From the IMG/VR virus record IMGVR_UViG_3300032212_000032, positions 1 to 44,413 of that record: a stretch of DNA of 44,413 bases; one strand, 5' to 3'. The notes beneath the pieces were generated by a model that saw nothing but the letters and a program-made list of their open reading frames with translations, searched no databases and was not told the origin of the DNA. The DNA comes from a virus. Lineage: Duplodnaviria; Caudoviricetes. A program made the translations under genes and the position numbers. Shown here piece by piece: positions 44,208 through 44,413 of the stretch (the first letter of the stretch is position 1; every line of letters begins with the position of its first letter).

Positions 44208-44413
44208 TTAATCTATTTCAATAGGCTCAACAACTATCTGACCTATCTTAGTTTCCCAGCCCTCTGGCAACTCCTTAAGTATCCACTCAGTCTTGCGGCT
44301 TCCTGTACGTACTCCACTATCATAATCTACTAAAGCATACTTAACATGCTTAATAAGCTGTAGCTTCTTCTTAATAACCTTGAGGTCTATATGGTTATCG
44401 TCAAATAGCCCAG
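44208..44413 (-). CDS. 3' end of the primase-helicase gene (second allele, partial)
   Basis: Matches 2741..2946; ends WETKIGQIVVEPIEID. Confidence 0.85.
   Translation of the reverse strand, partial: GLFDDNHIDLKVIKKKLQLIKHVKYALVDYDSGVRTGSRKTEWILKELPEGWETKIGQIVVEPIEID
44287..44413. repeat. 127-nt exact repeat of 2820-2946 (circularisation/assembly overlap)
   Basis: Base-by-base identity; first mismatch at 44286 versus 2819. Confidence 0.9.

Noticed and set aside
44208-44413. Biological direct terminal repeat
   Set aside because: The match is to an internal position inside the primase gene, and the exact part is 127 nt, typical of an assembler k-mer overlap.

Overview
Near-complete genome of a lytic, podovirus-like dsDNA tailed phage; no integrase, RNA polymerase, tRNA or CRISPR was seen. 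The + strand from 9364 to 29803 carries the morphogenesis and lysis module: terminase, scaffold, capsid, adaptor, tail fibre, lysis cassette, tail nozzle, GNAT, ejection proteins and a displaced portal. The - strand carries the early, replication and nucleotide-metabolism genes: PrimPol-helicase, family A polymerase, SSB, exonuclease, ligase, two helicases, ThyA-like, DHFR-like, a deaminase/DUF5664 fusion and MazG. Promoters of the form TTTAA-N10/12-TATAAT suggest a Campylobacterota-type host (inference). The last 127 nt are identical to 2820-2946, which gives a circle of 41,467 bp; 1-2819 is a second allele of a hypervariable small-gene cassette. There are two main leads. First, the thymidylate synthase has Asp at the Asn177 specificity position, predicting a dCMP methylase, and it sits beside DHFR, dCMP deaminase and dNTP pyrophosphatase genes in a genome that strongly avoids GATC. 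Second, a densely structured ~350-nt leader with repeats and palindromes lies in front of the SSB gene.
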